DNA from: the human T2T-CHM13v2.0 reference genome, Homo sapiens
Length of the DNA: 64,000 bases
Reading direction: 5' to 3' (one strand)
Assembly: GCF_009914755.1 (NCBI RefSeq)
Contig: NC_060925.1
Shown here: positions 58,960 to 64,000 of the stretch, piece by piece
How positions within the stretch are numbered: position 1 is the stretch's first letter
Layout of the letters: the number at the start of each line of letters is the position of its first letter
Translations under genes and position numbers: made by a program
The notes under the pieces: model-generated
The model's input: the letters and a program-made list of their open reading frames with translations, nothing else
Told to the model about the DNA's origin: nothing
Database searches by the model: none

Positions 58960-59033
58960 GACTCCAAAACTGTGTGCTAACTCATGATGGCATGTTAAAA
59001 CTGGAATGTGTCCAGCTATATAAAAAATTTTTT

Positions 59034-59327
59034 GGCTGGGCGCAGTGGTTCACATCTGTAATCTCAGCACTTTGGGAGACTGAGGCAGGAGGATTCCTTG
59101 AACTCAGGAATTCGAGACTACCCTAGGCAACAAGGGGAATCTCCGTCTCTACAAAAAATGCCAAAAAATATTAGCTGGGTATGGTGGTGCATGCCTCTAG
59201 ACCCAGCTGCTTGGGAAACTGAGGTAGGAGGATCACTTGAGCCCACGAGGTTGAGGCTGTTGTGAACTGAGATCACACCACTGCACTCCCAGCCTAGGTG
59301 GCAGAGTGAGACCCCGTCTCAAAAAAT
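59034..59327 (+). mobile_element. AluJ
   Basis: 'gaggatcacttgagcccacgaggttgaggctg' J-type right arm. Confidence 0.92.
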
Positions 59328-59640
59328 TTAAATTTTTTTTAAAAAATTATGATTATGTGTGGAGGGTTAATACGTTATTTCATTTATTTTCCAACTTTTA
59401 ATTGTGATTAAAAAATGACACCTACAGAAAGTTACAAGCATAGAAGAATATATATATATATATATAATATATATATCCCTCATTTAGATGTGCAAATGTT
59501 AACATTTCACCACACTGATTTCTTTTTGTATTCATCTGTAGGATTGTTTTCTGATGAATCAATTGAAAGTAGATTAAAGATAGCATAATCTTTCATTATT
59601 AAATTTTGTCTAGCCATGGTAAATGACTACTAGTCACTCA

Positions 59641-59858
59641 CTTATTGTAAGACACAGCTTCCATTTAGCAGGACTCCATCCATGGAAGTTGTTTGAAAGG
59701 CCGATGCATATTGGATATGGCCAATGTCCTTGTGGTAATGGGAGAGGTGCAACACACTGGGAGAGGCCAATGCATTGGCCATATCCAATATGCACTGGCC
59801 TTTCAAAGGGCTTCCATGGATGCAGTCCTGCTAAATTGAAGCTGTGTCTTACAAGAAG
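59641..59858. repeat. Long inverted repeat: 86-bp arms, 46-nt loop
   Basis: 59641-59726 vs reverse complement of 59773-59858: 78/86 identical, no gaps (aligned by hand). Confidence 0.97.
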
Positions 59859-60989
59859 TTTCATATAAGACATCCTTAAGAATCATGTTTATGAGTAAAT
59901 TGAAATTTAACATAAAAAATAAATTACAAATACATATGTAAATATGAGACACCAGTTTTTTTTCCTACTTATAGGAAAAAAATTTTAACTAGATACATTA
60001 TATCTGAAAAACATTTATTAGAACTTCACAACAATTAGCTTTGACAATGAACCTTAACACTTTCATTTGCCTCAACAGATTTGGAAATGAGGTTATGGTA
60101 AAATATTATACTTACTTTATAGTGAGCATCTCATTGCTCTCAGAAGAACTAGAGAGTTAATTCTGCTGTTAAGTAATAATGTATGTAATTTTTTTTCTTT
60201 CAATAACTTTTTGTGTTCTTCTAAAATACAAAATCACGCTGTGGAAGTAGATGAATACGCTGATCTTTGTTTTTATTATTTTTTCTCTGTTATATATAAG
60301 AAAATTTCTCCTCTGATAATAAATGGATATATATATATTATTTTTTCATTTATGAATTAGGTCTTTCTTGTTTGCTGAAAGAGTTTTATCTAAACATCAT
60401 TGTCACCTGTGCTAACTTGAAGTGTTGGGGATAAAAATTGCTTTCTTTCTTTTTATTTCAATCACCAGAATGTGTAGAATTAGCATTTTGTAAACTTGTG
60501 AGCAAGGCATCAACAAAACCAAGCCCAAACTTCCTGGATTGGACCTCGGTATTTTTCCCATGAAAATTAATTCTTAAAGAAGGTATCACTTAGAGAAATT
60601 ATCTGCACATAAGAACCACATAATCTCGCAAAGACAAAAAGCTTTCAAGTTCCTAGACACCACCCAAAATCAAATGAAACAAAGTTTCATGAATTAAGGT
60701 CCAGGAACTTGAATTTATCAATAGTTCTTTCCATAACTGTGGCATGTTCTTCCTTTTCTTGTAAAAGGACTTTGCTTGCTGAGTGATCAACCTATCCATC
60801 TCTTCTTTATCTTCCAAAAGTGTACAGGTAATATAAAGAGAAGTTATAAACCAAAAATTCAATAACACTAGTCTTATATTTATCTCTGTATTTAACTTTA
60901 TCATAATTCTTTATTTTTTCATATGGCTTCAAATTGCTATCTAGTGTTTTTTTGTTTGTTTGTTTTCATTTCTTCCTAAAGGACTTCCT

Positions 60990-61715
60990 TTATCATTCTT
61001 CTTGGGAGTGCAGACTCCCTCAGCTTTTGTTTATCTGGAATGTCTTACTTTTACTTCATGTTTGTCCTTTCTCTGTCCCCTCTTTCTGAGCTTCCTTTTA
61101 TGTGTATGTTGCTTTATGTGAATGGTGCTCCAGAGGTCTCCTAGACTCTATTGATTTTTCTTCATTCTTTTTATGCCTCAGACTATATAATTTCAACTGA
61201 CCTATCTTCAAATTCATGGATTCTTTCTTCAATGTATGCAAATCTTTTTTGGAAAACTTCTAGTGAGTTTTTCGTTTTAGTTCTTGTACTTTCAACTCCA
61301 GATTTTTTATTTAGTTTCTTTTTATAGTTTCTATCTCTTTAACGAAATTCTTTGTTCATGCCTCATTTTCCTAATTTTCTTTAACTCTTCACCCATGACT
61401 TCCTTCAGTCATTCAGTGTATATTTGACTTGAAATGTTTGACTAGTAAGTACAATGTCTGTTTTTCTAGGGACAGTCTCTGTTTTTTTTTATGAGCTATA
61501 TTTCTATACTTTTTGTTTCTTCACATGCTTCCTAATTTTTTGTTGAAAAACAGACATTTTGAATATTATAATGTGGTAATTCTGGAAAGCAGATAATTTA
61601 TTATCCCCACAGTCTGTCTTATTTCTTGTTTTGCTCTGTGCCTGTTTCTAAACTATTTTTGTAAATCTGTATTATTTGTCATGTATAGTCTCTCAATTCT
61701 ATGTTCCTTAACTTA
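60990..61715 (-). mobile_element. Old L1M fragment
   Basis: 'gactccctcagcttttgtttatctgg...tcaactgacctatcttcaaattca...tgtactttcaactccaga'. Confidence 0.7.
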
Positions 61716-61717
61716 TA

Positions 61718-62316
61718 TGAAGTTAAGTGATTCAAAATCTAAGCTGTTGAAATTTATTTTGAGCCTCAAAGCAATGTGAATACAGAGCCTGAGTCAACAA
61801 TAGGCAGCTGTAACCTAAGCAACTGTAACCTTTATTTCTCTGATTATAGATTAGCCTTAGTCCTTACCTGAGTTGTTTTATAGATGTGTTAAATTACTGA
61901 AAGGTGCCAGAGAAGACATTTTTACTATTGACAATTGATCTTCATTATAGATTAACTTTTTTGTTGCCTTTCTCACACAGACTGTGCGTGGCTATCATAT
62001 TATTTTAAGATGGAATAATAATTTAAGACTTTTAAATAGAAAAGGAAATGAAAAATTACTGTAAAGAAGAGAAAATAAGCTGTACAGGAAATACAAACTG
62101 TAGTTAATTTGTTGTTGCTCTTAAACTAGCTTTGTATTGAAAATGTCATAATCCTGTGAGATGTATTTGTTTTCTGCCTATACAAGCAAGAAATTAACTT
62201 TGAATTTTGGAACACTGACCCTATCTCTCTGGATTCTGTGTCTCCCAAATGGCTATTCCCAGCTTTTTACGTGAATAACAGCGGATTGTTATTCTTTCAA
62301 TCACTTCAGGTTGACA
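61718..62316 (+). mobile_element. ERV1 MER4-group solo LTR (LTR49-like, tentative)
   Basis: TG...CA ends; 'aagctgttg...ttttgagcct...gcctgagtca', 'ctgtgtctcccaaatggctattcccagc...ttcaggttgaca'. Confidence 0.65.
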
Positions 62317-62335
62317 CTTGTGCTCAACTAGTGTT

Positions 62336-62637
<302 letters not shown>

Positions 62638-63862
62638 TCAGCTAGTGTTTTGATAAAGATTTTTTTAAACATGAGAGGCCAAAAAAAATGATAAAAATAG
62701 ATCAATAAATGGAGATAGAGAAAAAATTTTTGAAAATAAAATAAAAACCGCTCTAGTCCTTGCAAATTGGCTCTGTGCTAGACCACTCCTTCAACCTTTA
62801 GCCAATCTATTTACAACTTTGCCTTTAGCTTTAAATTCGTGCTTTTAATGTGCCCAAGATCAGCCATTGTTTAAAAGCTCTGTTTTCTGGTGTGTCCTGC
62901 TTTTGATATGCATGTGATTTCTAAATTCCCCAGTATACACAGTAAAGACAAACAAAGACAAATTACCATATATTCAGAATTTTATAAAATATGCAGCATA
63001 TTTAATAATGCAATTATAGAATATTTAAATTAATTTTAAGCACCGAAACAAAATCTGTTTTTATTATTTAAAACATGTTCATATAAGCTGTTGTATTTAT
63101 AGTTTTTCTAGTAATATTGTTCAATTAGTAAAATTAAATCAAGATATATATGTATGTATATATATACACATATGCTTTTATGTATACACACAAAAACATA
63201 CATATATTTATGTACATGGATATGTATATACACCTACACATAAAGAACACTGTTAATTAGCTACTTAAATTATTGAAAACATATGTACTACTATACCTGA
63301 GAGTTATCATTATTCCTTAGTTTTATTTATCTTAGTAATATTGTTATCCTAGTAAAATTAAATCAAGCTATATATGTATGTATATTTATCTTATGAGTAC
63401 TTTTATATCTCAAATAAACTTTCTTTCTAGGTTTTCCAGCCAAGCTTTGGTGCTCTATTCTTGGCCTCACTGCAATATTTTGCCCCAGATAGCTGTAAGT
63501 TGGTTGTCTTAGTGTGTTTTTGGAAAATGTCCACCTCTTTTCTGAAGTTTGAGGGTTAGGAGTTAGCCCAAAAAGAGACAAGCTCTTTGTGTCACCCATT
63601 CAAGTAATGCCAGAGTAAAACAAACACAATTCATTACACATAAGGCCTGCTCTGGTATCTCCAGAACAAGGAGGAGCATCCCATACTGGGAACACAGGCT
63701 TTTGTCTTCAAGGTCACCACAGAGCCAGGGAGGGGGTTGGGGCAAGGGAAAGTAAAAAGGTCACAAAGCCTTACTAACCTTTTAAGTTGCCTTGGTATTC
63801 ATTCTCTAAAATCATAGGTGAGGTAAGCTGATAATGTTTTATTTACTTAATTAAAAAATGTA

Positions 63863-64000
63863 TCCGGGCGTGGTGGCTCACGCCTGTAATCCCAGCACTT
63901 TGGGAGGCCGAGGCGGGAGGATCACGAGGTCAGGAGATCAAGACCATCCTGGCTAACAAGGCGAAACTCCTTCTCTACTAAAAATACAAAAAATTAGCCG
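63863..64000 (+). mobile_element. AluY left arm, cut by the window end
   Basis: 'gaggtcaggagatcaagaccatcctggctaac'. Confidence 0.93.

Noticed and set aside
59623-59873. Antiparallel ORFs (81 and 79 aa) with nearly identical N-terminal halves
   Set aside because: A direct consequence of the inverted repeat; no independent coding evidence.

Overview
Primate, very probably human, genomic DNA (AluY/S/J, L1PA, HSMAR2). It is AT-rich with no CpG island, and I find no credible protein-coding gene; ORFs in the track are repeat-derived or spurious. The window is mostly interspersed repeats: about 15 Alus, L1PA/L1PB/L1M pieces, L2/MIR, MaLR LTRs, two decayed ERVL-class pol segments, ERV1 LTRs, Tigger3/MER2/MER3/MER33, and a near full-length HSMAR2 with three nested insertions. 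It also holds a 37-bp AT-rich VNTR and microsatellites. The most unusual feature is a long hairpin at 59641-59858 that I cannot assign to a known repeat: ungapped 86-bp arms (78/86 match), a centre interrupted by a 38-nt insert flanked by an 8-bp duplication, and an exact 22-nt match to an LTR 1,006 bp upstream. Several other fold-back inversions and a few strong splice-site pairs also occur. I could not identify the locus. Repeat subfamily names come from memory of consensus sequences, and most boundaries are approximate.
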